IMG/VR virus record: IMGVR_UViG_3300032295_004364
Span: 1 to 29,293 of that record
Length of the DNA stretch: 29,293 bases
Strand: one strand, 5' to 3'
Origin: a virus
Lineage: Duplodnaviria; Caudoviricetes
Part shown: positions 9,301 to 17,375 of the stretch, one piece after another
How the letters are laid out: each line of letters opens with the position of its first letter
Position numbering within the stretch: the first letter of the stretch is position 1
Notes under the pieces: model-generated
The model's database searches: none
Told to the model about the DNA's origin: nothing
The model's input: only the letters and a program-made list of their open reading frames with translations
Made by a program: the position numbers and the translations under genes

Positions 9301-12300
9301 ATAATGGACAATATAATATAGTTAGTGTTGGTGATACTACTTTTACAGTGTCTCTTAAGCAAATTCCGGAAAGTACATATTATCAAAAGGATAATTGTGA
9401 TATTATCCAATACTCAACTACCTCACAAAATACAACTGGTGGTATAAGTAAGATAAAACTTTTATCTGGAGGATATTCATATAGATCTCTCCCATTATTT
9501 ACTGGAGTAGATTCTGAAAATGGATCTGGTGCTTTTATAATTCCAGTTTCAACAACAATTGGCAAAATTAAACAAAGTAGAATTATCAATGAGGGTTTTG
9601 AATATTCATCTGATAAAACTTTAAGACCAACTGCTTCGATACCACAATTTGCATATATTCCAAGTTCTAACACAATAGAAACTATTAATATCTTAAATGG
9701 TGGTCAAAATTATACTTCTGCACCAGATTTAATTTGTATCAATACCGATAGTGGAGAATTAATTGAATCTGGATTAATAAGATCTAATCTGTCAGGATCT
9801 TCTATCATATCTCTAACTATTGAAAATGCTCCAAAAGGTCTTCCAATTAAACCAGTTACAATTAGAGCAATTAATAATTCTAATGGCATTTCAATAGATA
9901 GAATTCAATCTTCCTCATTGGGCATAGTTACTTGCTTTTTAACAACACCAATAGCAGGTTTTACATCTTCCCCATTTGCAATTGGGGATAAAATTTTTGT
10001 TGAAGGAATTCAAAAAATTGGATCTGATGGAGATGGATTTAATTCTTCAAACTACGGGTATAAATTTTTTACAATTACTAACTTCCAAAATATAAATCCG
10101 GCTAAATTGGAGTTTAGTTTATCTGGATTAACTACAAATCCTGGAATAGCAAAAACTATTCAAGAATCATATGCTACGATAATAAACTTTAAAAATTATC
10201 CAGAATTTGAGGTCGTGCAGAAATTTTCACCATTCCTAATTGGGGAAAGATTGTCTTCAAATACTGGAAATGGATTTGTAGTTAGAGACTTAGTTGTAGT
10301 TAATTGTGGTGAAAATTATGTTAAAGTATCTGGCGATTATAATCTTTCTGTAGGTGAAATAATAAGAGGCATAGAATCTTTTAATGAAGCAACTATCGAT
10401 GCTGTCAAATCTATTGATGGAGTTTATAATGTAGATTACTTTAATCTACAAAAATTTGGTTGGGAGTATGAAACTGGAAAACTTAGTGAAAATTTTCAAG
10501 TAACGCCAGATAATGATTATTATCAAAATTTATCCTACTCGGTAAAAAGTAGTAAAACCTGGGAGGAAATTGTCACTCCAATCAATAACCTACTTCATAT
10601 TAGTGGAATGAAAAATTTTGCAGACACGCAAATTTTGCAAAATGTTCAATCCGGAATAGGGACCACAGAATCCAGATTATCTCTATTAAATTTATATGCA
10701 AGTGATAATCGAGTAGATACTATCAATAATTTAGATTTAGTTGTTGATTTAAATACTTTAGATAATAAATCAAAATTTATTAAATTTAAAAATATAAAAC
10801 TCACAGATTATATTTTATGTAAAACTAATAGAGTTTTAAAAATAGATGATATAAGTTCTCAGTTTTCAAGTAATAATGACGAATCTGAATTGACTGGAAT
10901 ATCTAACATATTGCAGATTAATTCTGGAAACAATTATAATAGATTTTTAATTCAAACTCGCAATATTTTTACTAACGAAATTCAATTTGACGAAATTATA
11001 ACTATCAATGGCGATAAGAATATATTTACCGTACAAAAAGGATCTTTGATATCTTCAAATACTGAAAATTTACTAACCAATATTGAAGGATTTGTAGATG
11101 ATGGTGATAATTTTTACTTAAAATTTAATCCAGAAGATATTAATAATTCAGATTTTGATATAAAAATCTTACAAGATACATTTACATCTAAAATTGGAGT
11201 TGGAACTACTCAAAGTGTTGGATTCATAGATTTAGTATCAAAAAATAAAGTTGTATCTGGTGGAATAACAACTTCTATCTTTGATTTAAATGCTTCCAAG
11301 TATTCTGCAATTTATTCTAATATTCATATTTCAAATAGTGATAATTCAAATATGAATTATGTAGAAGTTTACTTGACACATGATGGAACTAATACACATA
11401 TTAGTGAATTATATTTTGATGATGATTTATCCGGCACTAGTTCTGGTTTTATTGGATCCTTTGGGGCATCGATTAGTGGAGGTATTTTATCTTTAAATTA
11501 TACAAATACCTCATCAGAAACTATTGTCGTTAGGACTAAAAATGTTGGATTTGGAACTACTGCAGTTGGTGTTGGTACTTATAGATTTAAACTATCCGGA
11601 CAGTCGGATGGAAATGAAAGAACTGTAGTATTTCAATCTAGGTTCAATAATATTTCTTCAGGTTCTACAAGTATTTTAGTATTAGATAAAACATTATTTA
11701 CTTCATCAAAATCTGTAGTTAAAATTGGTCTTGGGCAAACTAGTGCATTGCATCAAGTAATGGTAGTTAATGATGGAAATGATGCTTACTCACTTCAGTA
11801 TCCATTCATATCTATAGGTAGCACTTCGGGTATAGGAACTTTTGGTGCGGAAATTTCCGGAAATAATTTTATTATCAAATTTTATGCCGATCCTTCAGTT
11901 TCTGGCAATCTAGAAATACTTTCTTTCAGTGAAAACTTTTATACTGAGTTAGATACTATTAATATACCGCTAACATTAAATTATACCCCAGTTGAACAAT
12001 CAGTTAAAGTTACAAGGTACTTTGGGGCAAATTCTCCAAGTAATGACAGGTATTCTTTTGAGGCAAAATATGAAGATGTGCCAATTTTTATGAAAACATT
12101 TGATCCATCAGATACCAATGTTCTGAATCCAGTTACAGGTGTATTTACAATTTCAAATCACTTTTTTAATACTGGGGAGCAATTAATTTATACACCAAAA
12201 TCTACATTTATAGGAATTGGAACTTCTGCAATGGGAATTGGTGCTACATCCAATTATGTTGGAGTAGTTACAACTGTATTACCATCTGTTGTGTATGCAA

Positions 12301-15300
12301 TTAAAGATAGTAATAATACTTTTAGAATTTCTACAAGGAAAGAATATGCATCTCAAGGAATTGGAGTCACATTCACTTCTCTTGGTTTGGGCAATGCACA
12401 CCAACTGGAAATGTATAAAAAAAATGAAAAGGCAATAATCACAATTAATAATGTTGCACAAAGTCCTCTCGCATACTCAAACATAACTCACACATTAGTG
12501 GGAAATGGTGGGCAAATTGGAACCGCATCTACAATATTTGCTTTAAGTGGAATTGGTTCTATTATGCCAACTGATATATTAAAAATTAATAATGAATATA
12601 TGCGAGTAGAAAATGTTGGATTAGGAACAATAAATGTTGGACCTATTACATTCAATGGAAATATTCCTCTTGTGGAAGTAAAGCGGGGATTTGTCGGATC
12701 TACTGCAGGATTACATACAGATACTTCTATTGCTAGAATTTATAGAGGATCTTATAATATTTTTGAAGATAAAATTTTCTTCACTCAACCGCCCAGAGGT
12801 AATTCTCTTGATTTACTTGGACCTAGTAAATACAACCTACCAAGAGAAAGGGCAACTTTTAACGGAAGAGTATTTTTGAGAGAAGATTATACTTCTAACC
12901 AGATATATGATGACATATCAGATCAATTCACTGGAATTGGACAAACTTTTATTTTAACTTCTCAAGGAATAAACACAGTAGGACTAGGAACTTCTGGAGG
13001 AAATGGAATTATATTTATTAATAATATTTTTCAGTCTCCCACAACACTCAATAATTCATCAAATAATTATTTTGTATCAGAAAATTCAGGCACTACAAAT
13101 ATTACTTTTACTGGAATAACATCCTCTAATAACACATTATTCACATCAGAATATGATATTAATCAAAATCAATTACCGCGTGGTGGCATAATTGTATCTC
13201 TTGGATCTACTGGAGGTTTGGGCATAGCACCTCTTGTTGGTGCTTCTGTGACTGCTATTGTTGGTGCTGGTGGCACTATAATCTCCATTGGAACTGGAAT
13301 AATTGATATTGTTGGATCTGGTTATCGCCACCCAGTTTCTGTTGCAGTGACAGAAACTGGACATATTGGCACCGAAGCTATTGTAAGCGCAAACGTAGGG
13401 GCTGGTGGCACTTTATCATTTAATATTGTCAATCCAGGCACAGGTTATATAAACCCAACAATAAATGTATCTTCCCCATCATATGAAAATTTACCAGTAA
13501 TTGGGGTTTCTAGATTGGGAATTGGAAGTACTAGTACCATATTATTATCTGCTGCAGCAGCATCATTTAATGGAACATCGCAATTACTTGCAGTTAATAA
13601 TCATAGCGACTTCGCATTTAATGGAACAAGTTATACAATTGAGTTTTTCATAAGAAATGCAGGATCTGGGGAAATATTCTCTCTGCGTAAGGACACCGCA
13701 CCTTTAGTTGGAACATTTTTAAATTATGATGGTTTTGGGCAATTGCAATATAGAGTAACAAGTGGACCATTCACATCCTTTGCAAAAAGTTTTTCGGCAC
13801 CATATATGACAACATCCAATACATGGATTCATGTTGCATTATCATATGATTCGGCAACAACGACAACATCTTTCTATGTAAATGGAAGTAGAGTGAGTAC
13901 AGATTCTAGTTCAAATTTTGGAAATTTTTCATATACAACCATTGCAAATGGATTCAACTATTTTGGAATTGCTGGAGCAACAGTTAATGGTTCAACAATA
14001 ATAAATGGAACTTCATCCGAAATTAGTAATTTTAGATTCATTGTTGGAAGCGCTCTTTACAGTGGTGTTAGTATCAGTATACCATCAGCATCACTTACTG
14101 CAGTAACAGGGACAAAACTTCTATTATTAAACAGTACAGGAAACCTTACATCTGATAACAGTGGAACCAATAAGGTGATAACCGATATTGGGGCAGTTCC
14201 TGCGATAAATGGACCATTTAATTCTTCCGTATATGGTTCTTCCATAAATGCTGGAGTTGCATATACGACGGACACTGGAACTGGTCTTCTCCTGAATATT
14301 GATGTGGGAGCAAGCTCGACTATTGCTGGAGTTGGTTCTACTCTATTTGAAGTTAAATCGTTTAAAATCACTAGAAATGGATATTCATTTAGGGTAGGGG
14401 ATGTATTTAAACCAGTGGGTTTAGTAACAGCAAATGGTCTTTCTTCACCAATAAGTGAGTTTGAATTGACAGTTCTTGATGTCTTTACGGATTCTTTCTC
14501 TGCTTGGCAGTTTGGTGAGTTAGATTATATAGATTCTGTACAAGAATATCAAGATGGTGTGAGAACAAGATTCCCACTTTTCTATAATTCAAAACTTCTT
14601 AGTTTTGAAATTGATGAAAATGATCCAGATTCTCAGTTAATTGATTTAGATTCTGTTCTCATTATCTTTATTAATGGTGTTCTGCAAGAACCAGGTGTTT
14701 CTTATCAATTTAATGGCGGAACAACATTTACATTTTCAGTTGCACCCAAATCTGAAGATAATATATCAATATTTTTCTATCGAGGAACAAGAAATCAAGA
14801 TACTATTCAAATTAATACAGTAGAAACTATTAAAGTTGGCGATACAGTAGAAATTTTCAGCAATAATTCAAATATTGAAAATACAATTACACAAGATAAA
14901 AGGGTAATTTATGATATTTCCGGATCTGATAAGGTTGAAACAAATCTATATGCAAATCAAGGAATTGATGAAATTAATAACAAACCATTATATTGGTCTA
15001 AACAAAAAACAGATTTAATACTCAATGGAGAATCCATTTATAAATCAAGAGATTCTTTGGAATCGCAAATTTATCCAACTGCAAATATTATAGGAGATTT
15101 TAGTAATTCCGCAAGCGAAATATTTGTTGATGATAGTAGTCTCTTTAATTATGAAAATGAATCACCAATTAATTTTGATGCATTTATTTTCTCAAATGAA
15201 TCTTCAGAGCAATATGAAATAGTTACCAATATATCTGATGTAGAGGGATATGATGTTTCTATTGTAGGAATTGCAACCACAACTGGAATTGGATCTCCTT

Positions 15301-15764
15301 TGGCACTTAAGTTTACTTTAGATAGAGATCCATTCTCATTCCCAGACTTGCAAGTTGGATATCCTGTTTATATTTCCGAAACTACTGTTGGGCAGGGAGT
15401 AACATCTATAAACACAAGTAATACTGATACTATTTCCATTAGCACATCTTTCTTGAATAACATTTATCAAATTCACGCAATTGATTCTACATTAGGTATC
15501 ATAACTTGTAATATTGCATCCAACACATCCATTGTTGGCATTGCAACTACTGGCACACTTGAATATCCTGTAGGAAGATTATCGTGGGGTAGATTGTCAA
15601 GATTCTCTAGATCCAGTTCTCCAATTTCAATAGGAGTAACGGGATACACATCAAGTATTGGAATTACTACATTAGGATACAGTTCAGGATTATCTACATA
15701 TCCAATTATTCAAAGAAGAGGGTATGGATTAAGAAATAATGGATCTCTTAAAAAAGATCTTTAA
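3321..15764 (+). CDS. gp7: Giant baseplate wedge initiator, gp7-like multidomain virion protein (4147 aa)
   Basis: Lies between gp6 and gp8. N-terminal QLPEFI...FLKQYY and YESKGTPESFRILFNVLY; later DNDYYQNLSYSVKS...LHISGMKNF. Contains many repeated beta-rich modules. Confidence 0.85.
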   Translation: MIQTGFESRVKIQQIIDSQLPEFILDESPKAAEFLKQYYISQEYQGGTTDISENLDQYIKIDNLTPEVVVGYTILEENITSFVTSITVSSTRGFPSKYGILKIDDEIITYTGITGNTFTGCIRGFSGVTNYHKDLQYGELVFNQSSASSHVLDAKVQNLSSLFLQEFYKKIKFSLTPGLEGLDFTENIDVGNFIKEARTLYESKGTPESFRILFNVLYGETAQVIDLERFLIKTSDAGYIRRDVAIISNISGDPTKLVGQTIKKTTDEFTSATVSEVETISRDNITYYKLNFFIGYDDTYPNVAGTFTITPNTKVIEEVTVTPSEGGVTVISVDSTVGFAKTGSIFFGSSEIFYSDKSVNQFLGCHVGTASTIEIPKTSSLISNETYYGYENNDATKKVEFRITGVLSNLDIENVNYELLENDVIYPKNLGQVIEKGNSAKEIFANSWIYNTSSRYQIESFVGNKITTKSNVDSASLTIGDFTEILQRNTEIVVSGFENAEINSISGNEVTINVNTSSLNPLVKYDIRRKIKKASSSIVPIDFGNDKLISDVQNVYIERPDYLYVASNSLPSYEIRLNLFKYNIFELTGYNGNNNSYSIIDFNTEVSFINGDRVFYSPDINNPIIGLEEGSYFVEVLSNKRQIKLYLSNPVVGTDDFIYFGTGQSSRPVYRPLGTHNFTLYSQRSNKISGQKILKKFKLNPELGSNESHKTLPGPIGLLKNGVEIYNFKTNDKIYYGPIKNIDVLNGGEEFDVINHPLLELSYGNAEIQPVIIGSVKKIFVDPQDFDIDVVVSVALTGGNGSGANFKPIIQKYAREIEFDARSIFNGGGLDTNNDRISFASSHNLVNGQPIIYDNNYNSAIGVGTFNGSNLDQSKTLVNGSIYYAKVVNDKTIEIYQSLSDYTAGINTVGFTTIGNSGIQKFKTEPKNRLTEISVINGGSGYANRILKISQEGISTHNNTITFKNHGFEDGEIISYTYETTAISGLSTSNNYIVLKLDSDTFRLCNAGIAGTDISNYQRKNYSKFTSTGSGYQIFKYPDIKLSIEYSSVGLGSTQVRGIINATPIIRGKISEVYVYNKGSDYGSTTLNVHKRPQVIIKNGENAQLRPIIVNGRISDIQVLYGGKDYYSVPDLVISGSGIGAIARPIITNNKITDVIIINSGTGYKSTDTSIIVTPAGKNEVLKVNIRELTLNSSHKYGVQNEFYRNPSSEVLIENNETLKYAVIGYSQNIKSNFKDPGDLLSEHSDIIGWAYDGNPIYGSFGYSDPNDINSDIKKLEPGYSLTNIENRPSETDFLPGYFIEDYEYNESGDLDQYNGRFGKTKDFPQGVYAYFATTEINRDGQLVGKFPYFIGNEYRSPYLSENIDLDQSFDFNNSKLLRNTLPYNVNQEYADNDFIIESNEIVQQKTLVESVSSGSVSGFEIIKSGTDYAVGDSIIFDDTKSSGGGISAEVSRIEGKDIVNINTSIESYEDSIVEWQNKGTVKVYISPYHNFKNIDNINISGLSTQVSNLNGYYKIGLTTHITTLYKSIPNFASTGIVTDIYLTSIPENISIGSSIQIENEIFSVLNVYSNFGIVRVDRSSAGVSHTQTTPVYFLPNSFTVNKNIEYFDSQNNSKIYFNPVESVGVGTTPGSGKLTNYSIGITTYTTFIPTQSIFLPNHPFKNNQQVILRKPIGSSAISVSNTSGGLSFNILSGNSEIVYIVNKSKDYIGIVTNANLTSTGGLFFRSSGTNDYHYSIESNLPQVKVKVDRILSSVSVSTSHQLKIGDEINLEIKPNLSVGIGTSTSVKVKLDSLTQKIVLNPLEFNSSGINTISNSISIISHNLKTGDKILYESLGTLPTGLSTGNYFTYRVDKNTIKLCETLFDAINSPPTTVSISGTGSGSQRISLVNPKIKVIKNNNLCFNLSDPSLSGYELKIFYDQKFEKEFISVPNTKSLSVSGIGTVGVSTNASLTLNYTDSIPEKLYYNLQKSGYISTADTDVINYSEIVFENSLYNGQYNIVSVGDTTFTVSLKQIPESTYYQKDNCDIIQYSTTSQNTTGGISKIKLLSGGYSYRSLPLFTGVDSENGSGAFIIPVSTTIGKIKQSRIINEGFEYSSDKTLRPTASIPQFAYIPSSNTIETINILNGGQNYTSAPDLICINTDSGELIESGLIRSNLSGSSIISLTIENAPKGLPIKPVTIRAINNSNGISIDRIQSSSLGIVTCFLTTPIAGFTSSPFAIGDKIFVEGIQKIGSDGDGFNSSNYGYKFFTITNFQNINPAKLEFSLSGLTTNPGIAKTIQESYATIINFKNYPEFEVVQKFSPFLIGERLSSNTGNGFVVRDLVVVNCGENYVKVSGDYNLSVGEIIRGIESFNEATIDAVKSIDGVYNVDYFNLQKFGWEYETGKLSENFQVTPDNDYYQNLSYSVKSSKTWEEIVTPINNLLHISGMKNFADTQILQNVQSGIGTTESRLSLLNLYASDNRVDTINNLDLVVDLNTLDNKSKFIKFKNIKLTDYILCKTNRVLKIDDISSQFSSNNDESELTGISNILQINSGNNYNRFLIQTRNIFTNEIQFDEIITINGDKNIFTVQKGSLISSNTENLLTNIEGFVDDGDNFYLKFNPEDINNSDFDIKILQDTFTSKIGVGTTQSVGFIDLVSKNKVVSGGITTSIFDLNASKYSAIYSNIHISNSDNSNMNYVEVYLTHDGTNTHISELYFDDDLSGTSSGFIGSFGASISGGILSLNYTNTSSETIVVRTKNVGFGTTAVGVGTYRFKLSGQSDGNERTVVFQSRFNNISSGSTSILVLDKTLFTSSKSVVKIGLGQTSALHQVMVVNDGNDAYSLQYPFISIGSTSGIGTFGAEISGNNFIIKFYADPSVSGNLEILSFSENFYTELDTINIPLTLNYTPVEQSVKVTRYFGANSPSNDRYSFEAKYEDVPIFMKTFDPSDTNVLNPVTGVFTISNHFFNTGEQLIYTPKSTFIGIGTSAMGIGATSNYVGVVTTVLPSVVYAIKDSNNTFRISTRKEYASQGIGVTFTSLGLGNAHQLEMYKKNEKAIITINNVAQSPLAYSNITHTLVGNGGQIGTASTIFALSGIGSIMPTDILKINNEYMRVENVGLGTINVGPITFNGNIPLVEVKRGFVGSTAGLHTDTSIARIYRGSYNIFEDKIFFTQPPRGNSLDLLGPSKYNLPRERATFNGRVFLREDYTSNQIYDDISDQFTGIGQTFILTSQGINTVGLGTSGGNGIIFINNIFQSPTTLNNSSNNYFVSENSGTTNITFTGITSSNNTLFTSEYDINQNQLPRGGIIVSLGSTGGLGIAPLVGASVTAIVGAGGTIISIGTGIIDIVGSGYRHPVSVAVTETGHIGTEAIVSANVGAGGTLSFNIVNPGTGYINPTINVSSPSYENLPVIGVSRLGIGSTSTILLSAAAASFNGTSQLLAVNNHSDFAFNGTSYTIEFFIRNAGSGEIFSLRKDTAPLVGTFLNYDGFGQLQYRVTSGPFTSFAKSFSAPYMTTSNTWIHVALSYDSATTTTSFYVNGSRVSTDSSSNFGNFSYTTIANGFNYFGIAGATVNGSTIINGTSSEISNFRFIVGSALYSGVSISIPSASLTAVTGTKLLLLNSTGNLTSDNSGTNKVITDIGAVPAINGPFNSSVYGSSINAGVAYTTDTGTGLLLNIDVGASSTIAGVGSTLFEVKSFKITRNGYSFRVGDVFKPVGLVTANGLSSPISEFELTVLDVFTDSFSAWQFGELDYIDSVQEYQDGVRTRFPLFYNSKLLSFEIDENDPDSQLIDLDSVLIIFINGVLQEPGVSYQFNGGTTFTFSVAPKSEDNISIFFYRGTRNQDTIQINTVETIKVGDTVEIFSNNSNIENTITQDKRVIYDISGSDKVETNLYANQGIDEINNKPLYWSKQKTDLILNGESIYKSRDSLESQIYPTANIIGDFSNSASEIFVDDSSLFNYENESPINFDAFIFSNESSEQYEIVTNISDVEGYDVSIVGIATTTGIGSPLALKFTLDRDPFSFPDLQVGYPVYISETTVGQGVTSINTSNTDTISISTSFLNNIYQIHAIDSTLGIITCNIASNTSIVGIATTGTLEYPVGRLSWGRLSRFSRSSSPISIGVTGYTSSIGITTLGYSSGLSTYPIIQRRGYGLRNNGSLKKDL
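13530..14264 (+). other. LamG/concanavalin A-like domain apparently inserted in frame in gp7
   Basis: SFNGTSQ...SDFAFNGTSYTIEFF...WIHVAL...FYVNG...ISNFRFIVGSALY...TKLLL...GPF, flanked by VSRLGIGS and TTDTGTGLLL. Boundaries are approximate. Confidence 0.75.
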
Positions 15765-15769
15765 TACGG

Positions 15770-15777
15770 TATAAATA
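15770..15777 (+). promoter_or_regulatory. T4-type late promoter TATAAATA upstream of gp8
   Basis: Exact consensus in the gp7-gp8 gap, 20 nt before the ATG at 15798. Confidence 0.85.
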
Positions 15778-15797
15778 TAAAAAAAACAATCATATAG

Positions 15798-17372
15798 ATG
15801 TCTGCACTTGTAACAGATCAATTTAGAATTTTAAATGCCAATAATTTTATAGAATCAGTAGATAATTCTTCTAATTCTTATTATGTTTGGGTTGGGCTTC
15901 CAAATCCAAATATTTATACTGGATTTGGAAGAAATTTAAATTGGGATGGTCTAGGAATAACAAATGGAGTAGTCCCAAATCCTACAGATAATTTAAATTA
16001 TTTGACACAATATGAAGACACTCTACTTTTTGGAAAAAAAATCAACTCTTCAAATACAAGAAGAGTTGTTAAAAGAGTTGATTGGGTAAGGGGTAAAAAA
16101 TATGATATGTATAGGCATGATTACAGTGTTGAAAATTTATCTCCAATATCACGAAGAGCAAGGCTTTATGATTCGGAATATTATGTATTAAATAGCGACT
16201 ATAGGGTTTATATATGTATAGAAAATGGATCTAGTGGAATTAACACGACTGGAAACCAATCACAGTATGAACCAACAACTACCGATTTGGAACCAACAGT
16301 AGCAGGAACTGGGGAAGATGGGTATATTTGGAAATATCTATTTACGATTTCTCCTGCAGATATTATAAAATTTGACTCTACAGAGTATATAACATTACCA
16401 AATAGTTGGGAAACATCTACAGATTCTCAAATTGTTGCAGTAAGGGAAAATGGTGATTCATCAATAAATAGTAACCAAATCAAAACAGTATATATTGCAA
16501 ATGCAGGATCAAATTATAAGTCAGGTGAAGTGGATATTTTGGGGAATGGAACTGGAGGAAGAGTATCCATACAAACAAATGCTAATGGAGAGATTACTGA
16601 TGCCACGGTTACATCTGGAGGCACTGGATACACCTATGGGATTGTTGATTTGGGTTCTTTACAACCAGGAAGCACTATTGGCAACCCCGCAAAGTTAATC
16701 CCTATTATACCTCCATCTAGAGGGCACGGATTCGATTTATATAAAGAATTGGGTGCCGATAGAGTAATGATATATGCACGATTTGATGATTCTACTAGAG
16801 ATTTTCCAACAAATACAAAATTTTGCCAGATTGGAATTTTAAAAAATCCAACAACATTTATATCTACAGAAACTTTTAGTGGTGGTGAGTTTTCAGGTTT
16901 GTATGCTATGAAGTTTAATTCGGATTCGGTTAATTCATTTTTACCACAAATTGGAGAAAAAATTAAGCAAACAGTTTCTACAGGAGTTGCCGTTGGTTAT
17001 GTTGCATCATATGATTCGGATACAAAAGTTTTAAAATATTTTAGAGATAGATCTCTATATTATGGTTCAACACATGACCAAACTGATTATGTTGGGATTT
17101 CAACAAGAGCAGATGCAAATACAAATTTTAGTTCTTCTGGCGGAAATGTAGTTGGAGAAACAAGTAGTTTTTCTGGACAAATATCCGCTTTCTCCGGAAT
17201 TACAACTACAGTAAATAATTCAATTATCAATCTTGGAGTAACATTTACAAATGGTCTTGCAAATCCGGAAATAAATAAAAAAACAGGGGATATAGTTTAT
17301 ATTGATAATAGACCTCTTGTATCTCGTAATGTTAGACAAAAAGAAGACATTAAAATTATCCTGGAATTCTAA
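15798..17372 (+). CDS. gp8: Baseplate wedge subunit gp8
   Basis: Motifs TDQFRILNA, RVYICIENG, DGYIWKYLFTI, GHGFDLYKELGA and the C-terminal YIDNR...QKEDIKIILEF. Confidence 0.92.
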   Translation: MSALVTDQFRILNANNFIESVDNSSNSYYVWVGLPNPNIYTGFGRNLNWDGLGITNGVVPNPTDNLNYLTQYEDTLLFGKKINSSNTRRVVKRVDWVRGKKYDMYRHDYSVENLSPISRRARLYDSEYYVLNSDYRVYICIENGSSGINTTGNQSQYEPTTTDLEPTVAGTGEDGYIWKYLFTISPADIIKFDSTEYITLPNSWETSTDSQIVAVRENGDSSINSNQIKTVYIANAGSNYKSGEVDILGNGTGGRVSIQTNANGEITDATVTSGGTGYTYGIVDLGSLQPGSTIGNPAKLIPIIPPSRGHGFDLYKELGADRVMIYARFDDSTRDFPTNTKFCQIGILKNPTTFISTETFSGGEFSGLYAMKFNSDSVNSFLPQIGEKIKQTVSTGVAVGYVASYDSDTKVLKYFRDRSLYYGSTHDQTDYVGISTRADANTNFSSSGGNVVGETSSFSGQISAFSGITTTVNNSIINLGVTFTNGLANPEINKKTGDIVYIDNRPLVSRNVRQKEDIKIILEF

Positions 17373-17375
17373 CCA

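Noticed and set aside
13530-14264. The gp7 insertion as an intein, intron or DGR target
   Set aside because: There is no His-Asn terminus, no endonuclease motif and no stop codon. I saw no template-repeat/variable-repeat pair or reverse transcriptase in the window.
12691-16698. Alternate-frame plus-strand ORFs 12691-12879 and 16495-16698
   Set aside because: They are nested in gp7 and gp8, short, and lack an RBS or recognisable protein features.
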